Of a DNA stretch of 64,000 nt, positions 25,257-38,800 are shown in pieces. Made by a program: the position numbers and the translations under genes. This stretch comes from Azolla caroliniana (lineage: Eukaryota > Plantae > Polypodiophyta). The stretch's first letter is position 1. The number at the start of each line of letters is the position of its first letter. The stretch lies in NCBI GenBank assembly GCA_043228905.1, contig JBHGNT010000001.1, forward strand, positions 2,728,001 through 2,792,000, given 5' to 3'. The notes under the pieces were generated by a model. The model ran no database searches and was not told the origin of the DNA. It was given only the letters and a program-made list of their open reading frames with translations.

Positions 25257-28200
25257 TTTAGTTTCTAAACCTGGTTAGTTTCTTAAACTAACTAGTAAAC
25301 CCTTCAAAGCCCAAGCTCACAATTCCTATTGTATTATTCTGTCAGAAACCCTAATTTCAAGCTAGTTTCCTAGACGTACCTAATCTCCGTGAACTAGTAG
25401 TGACTCGTGAGTAAGCAATTCCTAGAAGCCTAGCTTCAGACGAGATGGAACGCAAATCGGCCACTTCTTCATTATTTCAGAGATCCTGATTTTCAAATTT
25501 CAACTAGTGGCTACTAGCTAACTAGGTGGTTCGTTACGGAAGGGAACACCCAAAAAAACTGAAGCCACAGGAACAGAAGTAACTCATTCCTTCATTCGTC
25601 ATGAAACCCTAAAGACCTGAATAGCAGCCTGCTTCAACCTGATTTCTACTAACCAGCTGCTACATAACTAGATTCTGATGACCACATACCACTAGATCTT
25701 ACAACGATCTTTCCTGTCTTTCCTTTTCCTCTACGCATAAAATGAAGTCGAAAACACGAGAAATCTATCACAAACTTTTATTTATTTTTACATAACTGTT
25801 TATGTGGCTCTAGCCTTTTTTTCTTTTTAGTGTGTACGTGTGTTTGTTCTATTTGTGTCTGCATTTTCATGCCTTAACTTCGGAGGCTCAAACTTTTCTC
25901 ATTCTCATTCTGATCATTTTTTGCGTACAGTTTTGAAAATTCAAGATAACCCAAAATGGAAATCCATGGCACAAACGGCGGTGAGTTTTAATCAATCATT
26001 CAATAAGAAAACCTTAGCACTTTCGAGTTTCTACTTTTGGTCTAATGCTCCTTTTCATCTTTCAAATTCAGAAGTTCCAATAATAATAATAATCATATAT
26101 ATAAATATAGTATAGACATCAATTTTTTATACAATCATATACATAAATATAGTATACTATAGTATAGCATCATCATCTTTATCTTAATTCTAATCAATAA
26201 TCTATAATCCACTTTTGGGATTGGTATATAAGACTCTCAACTGTAAATTTTTATAACTAATGGAAGGAGTTTTAATTTCAGGAAAAAAAGAAATTAGTTT
26301 TAATTTTAAATTCTATAATCAATCCGAACATGAACCCCAAAGATCCGTCCACTTCCAACTGTTCTTAATTTTCAATGGGGAGTGAAGAAAAGTATGCTGG
26401 CAAATTATCAGAATTTGACCTTTTCCCAATGCTCGATAACAAACAATATATTTATCGTATTTCGCCCAATTAGTTTTTTCTTTTTCCAATATAGGAATTG
26501 TCTGAAATTTTGACAATTGTGAAAGGGGATGTTGTGGAAATTGTATATTTGTTAATGTCGGCATCATCATTTCCAAAACATCAAAAACACTAAATATAAA
26601 TTAAAAGGCTTGCATTCTTATTATATAGTTCTAACTTCTACCTCAAACTCCGCTACTCCTAATACTACTTATTAGTGATACTTTGAACATTTCATGCCAT
26701 GCCATGCCCCATGGCAAAGAATTTTAAGGTATGGAATCTTTATAGAACCCTAAAAAACACTCTGTGTGTTTGATTGAGAGAGAGAGAGAGGTTTTTGTGG
26801 GTGGGTGTTAACATTCCCTATGAAAGATCAAGACACTCTTTCTCAAGCAAAAATATTGACAAAATTGGTGTTGCAAATATAGCCATTGATTTTTAGTTAG
26901 GGAGGAGACAACTCTATGTATGTTTGGGGAGGAGAGGTTGATTGGTTGGTCTTTTTGTAGTGTTTGTTATGAGAGGGTAAAGCTATTCACCTTGGCAATT
27001 TCAATGGTTGTGAAGCCACTTGCTTCTAGTTAGATGCACCCAGCTATTATTAGTAATGCATGAGTTCACACTGTAGTTATGAAATGTATGTGTATACTGA
27101 AGACATTGTCAAAGACTAACAACCTCTAGGTTGCAGGGTGTGAGCTCATTCGCGCATGACGTTGAACCATCACATTTAACTAAGTGATTAACAATTGCGA
27201 AAGGCCAAACATATTATATATATTGAGCAATGCTTTCCGAAATTGTGCATTCACAAAGGTGATGTCTTGCTGGAAACAAAGTACAAGGGTGCACAAAATC
27301 CGCACATTACCTAATATTGACGCGAAATTGAAATGATAGGAATCTTTCCAATCGAACATGTGGTTGTCCATTGTCCGCGACTTTTATCTATCTTGTCTTG
27401 GTAATCCTCTCCCCTATTACACCATACATGCATTAAAATCACTCGTGTATAATCTTTTGATCCAAAATTATTGTCTAATTTATAACAACCTCATTGTAAA
27501 TCCCCCTAGCCCATTGAAGCCCTATCCTTTTATGCTACATGTCTCCACGCTCGACCCTCTGTTTCAATTGTTTTCTTAAAAGATAGAGTTTCCTCAGGAC
27601 TTTATAAAACTTCTCAAAGAGAATTTTGTCATTGACAATGGTTAATGCAAAGTCCAATGCATTTCTAAACTTATGACTCAAAATCAAAGGCATCATTTAT
27701 GCATTGTATTTTACCACATGATAGGCCGTCAATTTCTCTTAATCCCCAAAGTTTTCTACCTCCTATATATAAATTACAAAATGAACAATTGTTTGTGGTT
27801 TAATACGATGATTGAATATTACATGCACATTGTATAGCGTCAATTCTTCCATAACATGTTTATGTTGATCTTTAGGCAACACCTAGCCAAATATATTTTA
27901 TGGTGCGACCAGAGTTGTCCAAAGACAACGTGTGTAGATGAGCATTTTTTTAAGACAAACTTTTAACTACATCTTATTGTTGTTCAATACCATTTGATCA
28001 TGGGTTTTTTCCATCACCTCTAAGCTTTGCAGGTGCTAATACATGTTGATACAAAACACACAAGCCGCAAAAGTGGAAAATCTAGATTATAAAAGGGTTG
28101 TGTAATTATTGAATAACATCATATTATATTGATGGAGAACCGAATAAAGAATGAAACTCACAAGATTCTCCATTCTCGAGAATCATTTACAATGTTACCT

Positions 28201-28836
28201 ATGAGAGGATGCATATTAAATATTGAATATACAAGGGATGGATGACGTCTTGGTACATTACTAGTGTTCATATTGGTTCATAACCATTTACAAGTCATCA
28301 AACTTGTACATGTCCTCATCAAACTCATACAAGTCCTCATCGCTCTCCTCGAAAAATTTATATGGTGGTTGATTTTGTTTTCGATCCTACCATAATGCAA
28401 AAAAAAAACAATATTGGGATTCAGTCATCCCTTATCCAATGGAAACATGCAGTGAAAAATATAATCCTATTCTTAATTTCCCCATTCCACATCAAGAGTG
28501 ACATAAACCATACATTCAACAATATCATTATATCTCGTCTACTACCCATTGCAACTTACCTCCCGACAAGAAGAGCTAAGTCAACAACAGGCCTAAAAAA
28601 CAATCAAGCAACAACAAACCTATTTCGGGTGTTTATATTATATACATAACTAACTACTGTCCCATCATTGACACAACCTAGACAAGTAACTAATAGCCCA
28701 CCATGCCATAATTCCCACAAAAAAGAGAGTGTTGTGAATTGTGATCCTACTAAAATCTACGAAGAAATGTCCACTTGGATCAACTTACTAAGAATTTCCT
28801 AGTTGAATTTATGAAGAAGTGTTTGCTGGGATAGAG

Positions 28837-31367
28837 TCAAACACCAATTCGCACACACACAAATTTGATGAATCCCGGGGGGTGTGTGTTTGGAGTCTTG
28901 GACAGACACTCAAATAACATTGACACAAAATCTGGACATACCTTGGGTAAGAAGCGCATCAATCCTGCAAGGCCAGCCCCATCGTCTTTATCACTATCAC
29001 GGCCAAAACTGGTACCAGTGTCACTCGTGTCATCATGGCCCTCTTCATCTTCATCTTCATCTTGTCGCATCTTGGTGAAGAAGCTGGTGGGGCGACACAG
29101 TACGTTGGTCTTGAAGAAAGCGATGAGCTGCGACTTGAGAAGCTTGACTTGCTCCTTGTTGTTCTGAGTGGATTCCCATAAGGACTTATACCCTTTCACA
29201 AACGACTGCAGGTGCTTTGCCTGCTCAGATTCAGAGAAATCCCTGCAGAGTCGAGAGTAGCTCTCCACGGAGAGGGAATCATCCCAGGACTCGCGAGTGG
29301 GCTGTAGAGCCTTCACATATAAGATGACACCTAAGACTAGCAAAGAGTAGGACATGACTAGGGCCGATGTCCCTCTCATTTGGGTGAAGGCGGACACTAC
29401 AAGCACCCCGAGTACCGCGACCGCGGCCGCCCCGGCCGTGAAGACCGAGGCCGTAATTGTGCCCGCCAGCCCGATGGCCGCCCCCACATTGTAGAGGAGG
29501 TTCTTCAATACCCCGTGCCCTCCCTCGGTCAGGAAGAACTCCCTCAGTATCGCCTTCTCCATGTCCACTGGAACCCTCCATATCTTGCCCAAACCTTTGG
29601 TCACCGCTAACAACATGTAGCCTAGTTGGGTCTGTTGCAACACTGGCATTGCCCCTAGTAGGCATGTGCCGAACAACTCCGACCTACAAGGTTACAGCCA
29701 AATAAGCATCATCATGTGATTCGTATATCGATAATTGCGCATCATACCCTACAACTTGCATGCCAGCCTTAGGATTAGACTTTAGTAAAAGAGAGGAGAA
29801 ATTGGTCTATGTAGGATACCATTATTTGTTTGAAGAGGAGTTAACCAGGGAAAGGTAGACGTGATTCAATAATTCTGAATCAAAGCATGCAAATTTTGCT
29901 CTTTGGACATGACTAAAACCACTTCGGCGATTAAACGCATACACACACATGTCAAATCTAACACATGGAAGACCATAATAGGTTTACCATGTCGGATAGA
30001 TGTTCGTTTGGCCGGTTATCCCGGCCAAAGGCTCTCTTCTACAATTGGTTTTCGAAAGAAACCCAACACAAATGGTCATCAACATCCTCCCTCTGATAGG
30101 GTCGTATATTTCCTTGAGCAGCCCATCACTGATGAGGAGCTATGTACATATTTGGGTGGACCTCGTATGTATGTATAGGGAAATTCCCCTTCATTACTTG
30201 ACCTCTACCCAACCTACTAGACATCAATTTAATCCTTAATCACCAACTTAGGAACATAAAAAAAGCCAAAGAATGGAAAGCAAGTGTAAGAGAAGAAAAG
30301 ACTTGTTCATCATCATCATACACCACAAAGACGACTTGAAATTGAACCCACAATCCAAAGTCCAACGAAGCACACAATTTATCATGGCCAGACCAAAATG
30401 AAATAGTGATATACCTCTTGAGGCTGATGATGAGTTGTGCAGAGGCATTGAGCTTCTCATTAAGGTCGGTGGCTTGGCAAGCTATCCACGTTGCATGGAG
30501 TTCCTTCCCGATTAGGGCCTTGGTTTGTTGTGTGAGGTCCTTGAGCCCAACAAGGTCACGTTGCCCCTCGATGGAACCATCATCCAATTGTTGCACATCG
30601 TTCCCTAGCCTCACCATTGTGTCACGGGAACGTTGTCGCTTGACGGGATCTGAGATTCGTCCCAACAATGTCTCCAGCCTCGAACCTTCCACATTCTTCT
30701 TCACCAACTTCTCGTGGTCGTTAAAAGTCATAATGAGGAGGACCGGTAGGTTCGGGTAGTTGTCGAGCATCTCGAGTAGGCCGCCATCTTCAAGGAACCT
30801 CGTGTCCGCGGCACTGAAGATATACCAAACCACATGGATCTTCTGGCTAAAGTCTTGGTTCATTTGATGTTCATCGAGGAAATGTTTAATGTCATCAAGA
30901 CGGCTCGCTCCAAGCACATCCATGCCGTTGCTATCATGGAAGATCAATGGTAGATCTGGGTCGGGATGGTGCCATTCTAATGTTATGTCTTGGACACCCG
31001 CCGTCCCAACGGCTATAGTTTTGGGCCCTTTCTCTCCCACCACTAGCCTTATGACCGTAGTTTTACCGGAGCCCGACCGACCGACCACCATAATTCTCAC
31101 ATGTTTGAATATCTTATCCAGCTTCCCCTTCACTTCAGTGGACTCTGTAATTTTGGAATACAAATTTTCCAATGTGCTCAAGTTGTCGGTGTTCGTGTTA
31201 TTCGGATCTTCTTCCGTCTTTATATTGCTACTAACTTTCTTGGATTTGCTGCTAGATGGATTGTGAGTAGAAGAGGACGATGGCTCATCCTCTATAGTAT
31301 TGCTCTCTTTCTTCTTCTTCTTTTTTGAAAATGGCTTCATCGACTTTGGGAATGATAAGATGGGCAT
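28837..31367 (-). CDS. P-loop (TRAFAC, MMR_HSR1-like) GTPase with C-terminal hydrophobic helices, copy A, ~599 aa
   Basis: Exons 31367-30415 and 29683-28837 (AG|GTAT...TAG|G, phase 2, 1800 nt). G1 GRSGSGKT, G2 region AGVQDIT, G3 IFHDSNG, IHVVWY strand, G4-position LIMTFND. Hydrophobic segments VGAAIGLAGTITASVFTAGAAAVAVLGVLVVSAF and LVMSYSLLVLGVILYV. The extreme C-terminus may be spliced differently. Confidence 0.88.
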
Positions 31368-32330
31368 GGCTGAAGGAATATATAGGGTTAGGTTTTAAAG
31401 GAGAGAGAGTATTAATTACATGCAAAAGTGTAATTAGGCTTTGGGGTTATGGCAAGGAATCCATGCTAATCCTGGGTGGATTAGCAATCTTGTGTGTTAG
31501 GGAGAGAAATGAGTGAACCCTAAACAACATACAAAGAAAGGATTTTCCTTCTTTCTTGGGGTGGGGGGTGGTGGAAGACTTGACTGAGTCTCATGATAAG
31601 AAACATTTTAGTCAAGCTAGTGGGTACATATAGTACTACTACTACCTTGAAAGTGTTTTTGGCAAGTGGGGATAACACCTTATACCATTGTGTTGCTCTA
31701 GATATGATTCGGGAGTGAATTGTGGCTAATCACGATTATTCCCCAAGTAAATGTGCTTGGATACCATGGAATGAGGATTTGGCAAGGCAATTAGTGTTTC
31801 TAATTGCTCCGTGTTTTCCTTGCATTTAGCGTAAGGAACATTAAAAACAATCTAGGTGCAACCTATTCTTTTAATTACTTGACTTTCAAGCCCCTCAATA
31901 TCCACATTGATAAGAAAATGCCTAGTATGATCAAGAAAATTCAAGTTTGACATATTGTCGTAGAACTTCTAGGATCATCGGCCCCCACCTTTCTCATTGA
32001 CATTGAGGTTGATAATAACAATGATGCATAAATATGAAAAATAGGCATTATTTTAAAATACTCTTGATAGATTCTAAAAGATGCTTTGGCAGCCTAATTG
32101 ACATTTTCTCAGCTTTAGAAGGGCGGGCTTTTGGCTTTTCTTAGTTATAGATCCTGAAGACGTAAGGGGACTAATTTGGTAATTACTGAAATGAGGAGTG
32201 AGGTTGGAGGTATTTTTGTAAATAACCCTAATTAGAGTCATTAAATTTTAATACATATTATTACTGCACGGCGTATTGGAGTGAAAGCCTTCCCTGCTCG
32301 ATTTCACAGTCAGTAGTAGAAACGCAGTAA

Positions 32331-35300
32331 ATGGATTGGGGCAGCAGGGTCTCACGACTAGTTTTGGCTAAATATGGCGATCTACCTAAGCAAGGCAAAC
32401 CACAGGGAACAGAATCAACAGTATTGGCAGGCTTCCTTTTTTCTTTCCTTGAAGAAGAAGATGATGAAGAAGAAGGTATGCATATATCCACCGGAAATAA
32501 ATGATTTAAAGACAAAGGCATGAAACTTGGGATAGTGTGACCATTAGAGGAAGTTCGATTTAGATCTTCCATAAGTTCCTTAAAATTTCGTTGATGATGT
32601 ACTAAAAAATGCTATTATGATATTAGAGTCTGTTGCAGGATCCTACTTTCGAGGGTTAAAATTAGAAACTATATCAAATTCTATCACATAAGTTTCTATT
32701 TTGGAACCATATAAAAATATCATGCATAAATGCATTCCTTTTCCGTTTTGAATCTACCTCAAATGTCAAATGTATTTCATAATAACAAAATCATTGTATT
32801 TCCAATGTACGCCATATTTTTGCAAAAAATCCATTTTTTGTATTTTGCAACTAGATGGAATATTGCAGAAATGTTTCTTTTATAATTTTCCGGCTAACAG
32901 TTTACAATTATATCTAGAATCTTTATTATTACATGCAGAATGTATGTTTTAAGCAAGTAATAACTATTTGGTATCATAAAAGGAAAAATCCATCTTCACA
33001 ATTCTGTTTTGAGTTTGTTTAATTTATTTGATTATCGTAAAAGAAATCTTCGTAATTTGACTATTTATGTGTAGAATTAGAGGTTTTTGCGATAGGAACA
33101 GGAACGAAATGCGTGGGACAGTCATGCATGAGCATTTTGGCAGATATTGTTAGTGATTCTCATGCTGAAATTTGGAATACTGTAATTCTTTTTCCTTATT
33201 TCAGTTCAAATGATGAGTATAATTTGAATTCGGATTTATGGTTATTATATTACTCTAAAGTGGGACATTTCTAAGAGTTTATTATTATTATTTTATATAT
33301 TTCCTTTTAAAATACTTTCAATTTTGTCAGATAAGAATATTTCCTCTTACTAAGGTCTTGCTTAGAAAGCTTTTGATGTTTTGAGAAGTAGATGCGTGTT
33401 CTTTATGCATCTCAGACCTTGCCTATATAGCTATTATTCATCCCAAAAAGTTCACTTTCAATGAAGTTTGACTATTAACGTGAATTAAAAGGAAGAAACA
33501 CTAGACAAAAAAACTGTTAATAAATCTTGTAGGGCTCAAATGTGTTGGAAAAGATGTGATATAGATATAATCTCATGCACCGAAACTTAGATATTCTTGT
33601 GGTTTCTACTTCATATTCAGAATTCCTACCAGAAATCAAGATGTTAAAGTTACACGATTTTAATTATTTTCATGATCCATTGCTAGAAATAACACGCGAA
33701 AAATTAAAATACTATTGTGGGTTTTTACTTTGTATTGAGATTTCGTGCCAAGAATCAAGGTGTTATAGATATACAATTTGAATTATTTTCCTGGGCAACT
33801 GCTAGAAATATAAAAACGTTTGTAAGAGAAGTCAATTCATGCAATCATATTGTGTGGTTGATGGCCTCCAAAATGCTGTATATAACAATACTTGAATTCA
33901 TTTTAGAAGGGAGGAATATCTTGTTCTTTATTATTGTTAAAGAGAAATTGGAGTTTTAAATTCATGTTCTGGTACTTTTTAGTAATTTTTAAGACTCAGA
34001 GAAACTTACTCGTATGGTCGTTGAATTTCCATTTTTATTATAGATACATCTATTCTCAAATTGAAGCAATAATAAGGCGCAAAATTCAATTAAGAGTCCA
34101 ATGAAATAATGCTGATATTCACAAGAACAAGGACTTCTTTGAGTGGGATCCAAAACAAAAAAAACTAAAGCTTCGTGCAAATATCCAACTACACATATAC
34201 ATCAGCCAACTGCCTTGTAAGTGCCTTCCTTATTTATGCAATTGTAAGAACTTTTGATAAACAATTGTTGGATGCTGAAATTTCCTCCATTTCTTCTGGA
34301 TTTATTGTGAGATTAAGGTGGAGATGCATGCGTAATTCCATCTATTGATGTGGATAATATTCCATACTTCAAGGAAAATGGTTACTTGAGTGTTCAATCA
34401 CCTGCTGGAGGGGCAGTGAGAAGAAAACCTGGTTGCGGTGATGCCACATTTCAATGAGCTGTAGTGACAAAATTGCTTTATGGAATCTCTTAGGCGTTGA
34501 AGGTTAGTTTATTGCATTCGAAACATTCAGTTTCATTTAGAAGTAGAACTATTTGGCAAGTTTCTTTTAAAAACATATAATTTCAAGTATAAAAACTTAT
34601 CTGCAGTACATGAGTTAAAAGTTTACTGTTTCTGTTGCAATAAATACTAAGTCTGAACTCTATGCATGGTCATGATTTCAAGATTACTGTTGCAATAAAT
34701 ACCAAGCCAGACGCTTACAGGATTTAACTCCAATAAACCGGGAAAATATGTTAGTTTTAACTAACGGTTTTGAGTTTATATGCTGTTTGTTATTATTATA
34801 AAATGTAGCATCCCCTCTTTTTGAACAATAATGAATGCCTCATTTTTTCTTGAGATTTATAATGAACTCCAGTTTTGTAATGACAAGAAATGTTGTGTCT
34901 GTAGGATCCCTTCTTTCTGGATTGTTATTGGAGCCATTATATCTTACTAGCATCATAGTTGGCACGAATAATTATCGTGTAGAGAGTGGATCAATAATTG
35001 AATTCGATGAAGTTCTGCAGAGAAAGCAGTATCTTGATTCTTTACAAAGGTCTTTGTATGATCACATATGTGATTTGTCTTCTCATTTGCAATCTCCATT
35101 CAGAGCCAACCAGGCAAGAAATCTTAAATTGATTCATTTATAGTTGAATATATTTCGTAAAAATATGCCTTTCAGCTACAAGTCTTTTTTTATAATTATG
35201 GAAATGCTGTATGAGTAGCTCGCAATGTTCCGTTATATATATATTTGTAAAAAGTACAAGTCTCAGTGCTTATTATTGTCAATAGGAGTGTTGTATTATT

Positions 35301-35875
35301 AGTGAATTGTTTCTCTGTCATTCCCTTTAATTTTTCATTGGTTAGAAGGCCAGAGCCATTGTGATATTTATGCTGTTTTTGAAAACTTTGTTCAAAATTT
35401 TGATTTCAAAAGAAAATAGTGCTCTCAATCATATAAGTGATTGAAACTTGATATGATGGCATTAATTTCTAGAAAAATTCATGCAATGCAACAGAATACC
35501 AATCATGCATACTGTTCTAGGCTTACAATTTTGATACAGTTAAGAGTGTGGTATGGTGACAGGCAAGCATTTTTAAGAGTGTATATATTTCTCTTCATTG
35601 TCATTTATCCCCCAACTTGGACTTGAGACATGTTTCATATAAAACGATAAAGGTGACTTTTCTTTATCCTGTATATTAATTTGTTGGAACTTGGTTTGTT
35701 TTTTAACCTCTATTTGCTTTCTTTAGTTTCTACCTTTTATTTGCTTTCTTTCCAGGAGAGATCTGAATCTTATATGAGAACCAAGAAGGAAATTTTTAGC
35801 TGTCTGCCCTTCTCACATTGGTTCAGAAAGCCTCGTCAATTTAAAGAATTCAACCTGTTTAGTTGTGTAAAATAA
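32331..35875 (+). pseudogene. TAD1: TAD1/ADAT1 pseudogene (copy A)
   Basis: Colinear with 50676-56706 but has a 32-bp deletion at ~33171 removing the end and donor of exon 2 right after HAE, a 1-bp deletion at ~34447 before MSCSDK, and a ~2.4-kb deletion at ~35467 removing exons 6-7. Confidence 0.92.
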
Positions 35876-36990
35876 AAATGTTCAGTTATTTTGGGATTAG
35901 GCTTTATAGGGAGAGCAAAAGTTCTTTGTGAATCAATTATATTTTATTAATTGGCAAAAGACAATAATTTAGTTTTACAATTAGCCTTACATGGACAGAA
36001 AAAAATTGTTGTGGTGGTGTCACATTTGAGAATCACAGGTAGTGGGTTAATGCAAATATCACTTGCCCACTAACCTGACGAAATTAAGCCATATTGCAGT
36101 GGAGTAAATTAGTTAGGTTAATGGGTTAATGCAAATATGGTGTACCTGTCAAAATTCAATGTTGCACGAAACCTTAATTGAGTATATAAGTGCTGTAATT
36201 TTGGCAAAAATTCATAATTGAGTATATAAATCTAAGCTTCAAGCCTCCAACAGTTTATAAGTGAATTTTAAACTATGTACACCAGCAATGCCCATTAATA
36301 TATGGGTTTACTAGTGTAGAATTTTGAGATGTAGCATACTCTTGATTTGATCTATGGCAAACGTAAGCTGTTGGACTTTACAATGCTTTTGCTGAGATTT
36401 ATCTTGGCTGAGCTGCTCCACATGGATGGTGCAAAGTTGAGATCTGGAATTCGAGTGGTGTCACCAAATTGAGGCTAAACACAATTGATACGGACTTGTT
36501 TGAAAGTGCGTTTGGAATGCCCATGGTGCAGAATGAAGCTTTTTGGTCCTAGTTGGTGCGGTTTTTGTTGATTATCTTTTCTAGATGTGTTAACGTTTTG
36601 TTTGTTACTTGGCTAAGATATGAGCTTGAGTTAGTAGGCGATGCTTCACTTACCACAACATGATGTTCACCGAGGTTCTAGATGACCTACTAGATGAAAT
36701 AGGTGACCTGATTGCTGATGAGTGTGATTGGGCAGGCAAAGTGGCACCAAATGTGCTTGTAGAGGAACTGTGCCACGGATGATACATCACCTGGCAGGGT
36801 TTTCAGCTCCATCCAATTTAGATGGAACATTAACCTCTTACTCTTTAAGCATTGATGAAGCCCTCGACTATTTTTCATGTTCAACACCATAAAGTTTCAA
36901 TCTTTCACTCATAGGGCAAGGCAGACCATCTCGCGAATTGCACTACAGACTTCCATGTATGAGAGTACTTTGTATGGTGGGCTCATGTAT

Positions 36991-37977
36991 GAGAGAAACA
37001 CCATAGTCTTCGTTGAGTCAACATATTTGTCCACCCAAGTTGCCCATGTCGTCATTGCCTTTGTAAATGCGACCATCAAATTCAGCTTGGGATGGACATT
37101 CTCCCCCTCAATGTAGAAATATTTCCTTCCCTAGCACAAGAAGAAACTTAGTGTTTTGCTTAATATAATTCAGTGATAACTATGGTCAAGATGAAGTGTT
37201 TCCTGAATATAATACAAAGAGAACCATTGTCTAGACTAAAGCAGCCACCCACCCTCTAGCAATTTTCCTGCAAGTCCACCAATGTCCAATTGTGAACACG
37301 AGAATGTTTGCACGTTTCCAATAGAAATGTGATTCATGTACTCGATCCAATCTCAATCTGGAGATCTTTGAGTTATTATATTCCTCATCTACCAGAAACT
37401 GTGAGCTATAATACTACGAATGGAATTCATAATCCTTACACAATGCAAGAAAACCTAAGCTTGAGTACAAAGTTTATGGGAGATTGATCAACCTGAGGGG
37501 GAAGGGGCATGATTAATAACGGTTTGCACTGCATAAACTTTCTTTATTCTAGCAATAATACTCCTCATATACCTCAGAAGAAATTGTTATGCTCAAAACA
37601 TTACCAATAATATATAATTCATATATGTATAATAATGTATTTATACATAGTGCGAGAGAAATTTATATTTAGCTTATTGGAACTCTTTCATTGCAAGACA
37701 AAATAGTTTTTTGCATCAACCAGTTGAAGAAACCATTTCAAGGTACACTTCATATAATAAATTTCAATGCATGCAAGTAATAAAGACCAGCAATGGATGA
37801 CGTCAATAAGGACACTTGGAATTTGAATATGTAGCTACTCTTATGCTTCCCAATATTTTCTCTATGTATTTCAAACACTCTACTCTTGTTTGGTAACGTT
37901 TCACTAAGTAAGCAAAGCATGGATTCCCATTGGTTCCGGCTCAATGAATCACCCACAAAAACCATATGTTTACCCGT
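36991..37977 (-). pseudogene. TBL: Partial TBL duplicate (part of exon 2, exon 3, most of exon 4, with introns)
   Basis: Aligns with 23554-24545. In-frame TAG at 37416-37414. Exon 1 and exon 5 (DCSHW) are absent; the 5' side is cut by an LTR-like element. Confidence 0.93.
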
Positions 37978-38800
37978 TGTCGTGAAGATCCGTCACTACG
38001 TGCGGATCGTGAGGTGGAACCATCGGGGTCCTGGACCAGAAGGATTCGAAGTTTGCACTAACTTTAGCGAGAAAGTATTTAAGATAGATTGAGAGAGATT
38101 GATATGACGAAAGAGAGATATTGAGATAAAGATCGAACTTTTAACTTTTAGATTTAAGAGAGAAGATACATCAACAATAGGATTACAAGTTTCTTATTTT
38201 TCCCAAAATTTTCATTAGTTTTATTTGCTTGATTCCTCCACTCTTTTATAGATGCCCCTAGGCATATGGTGCATGTGAGGATGCAAGACATGCACATAAT
38301 GCATGCAATGCATGCACGTAATGCATGAAATGCATGCTTGCCATGTCATTATCTAAGCTCTCATGTATGAGAATTTCATGTAAATCTATAATGATAGAAA
38401 TATAACTTTTAAGGAAATGACTTGGCCTAGTGGTAAGTATATTGCTTCCTATCTTGGAGGTGTAATGTTCAAGCCTTGCTAACATCCCTTTTAAAATACA
38501 AAATACTACTAGGCTTTTGGTCTTGTATTTTACACCGAAAATCTTCAAAACACCATGCACCGCGATCAACCAACCGATCCGTCTGTCCCGACCGGTTCAA
38601 TCCGTCCTGATCTGATCCTGTCTGTCGTCGTCCGGTCGCCGCCTCGACGGATTCGGCTGTCTCACCATCTTCGTCTGGTCACCGCCTCGCCGTATCTATC
38701 CGGTTCCGGTCAGCCATCTGTCCTGATTCGATCCTGTCCGTCGCCATCCGATCGTCACCTCGACGGATATGTCTGGTTCCGGTGGGCCAAAATCTTGACA
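37978..38800. mobile_element. Solo-LTR-like element (~820 bp)
   Basis: Starts TGTCGTGA and ends TCTTGACA (TG...CA with short imperfect inverted ends). Starts exactly where TBL homology stops. Contains a CpG-rich subrepeat block at 38560-38790. Flanks differ (CCCGT vs AGTAG). Confidence 0.65.

Noticed and set aside
28865-31328. Overlapping and antisense ORFs on the GTPase (likewise 46095-48729)
   Set aside because: Shadows of a GC-rich CDS; the synonymous-change pattern supports only the GTPase frame.
28837-31367. GTPase as assembly contamination
   Set aside because: It has a GT-AG intron, sits between plant genes and was duplicated together with its plant flanks.
32261-32572. Minus-strand ORF conserved at 50606-50863
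   Set aside because: Antisense to TAD1 exon 1, which explains the conservation.
34495-34502. Apparent TGA nonsense mutation in TAD1 copy A
   Set aside because: In the ancestral frame it is CAA to GAA (Q to E), not a stop; not counted as a lesion.
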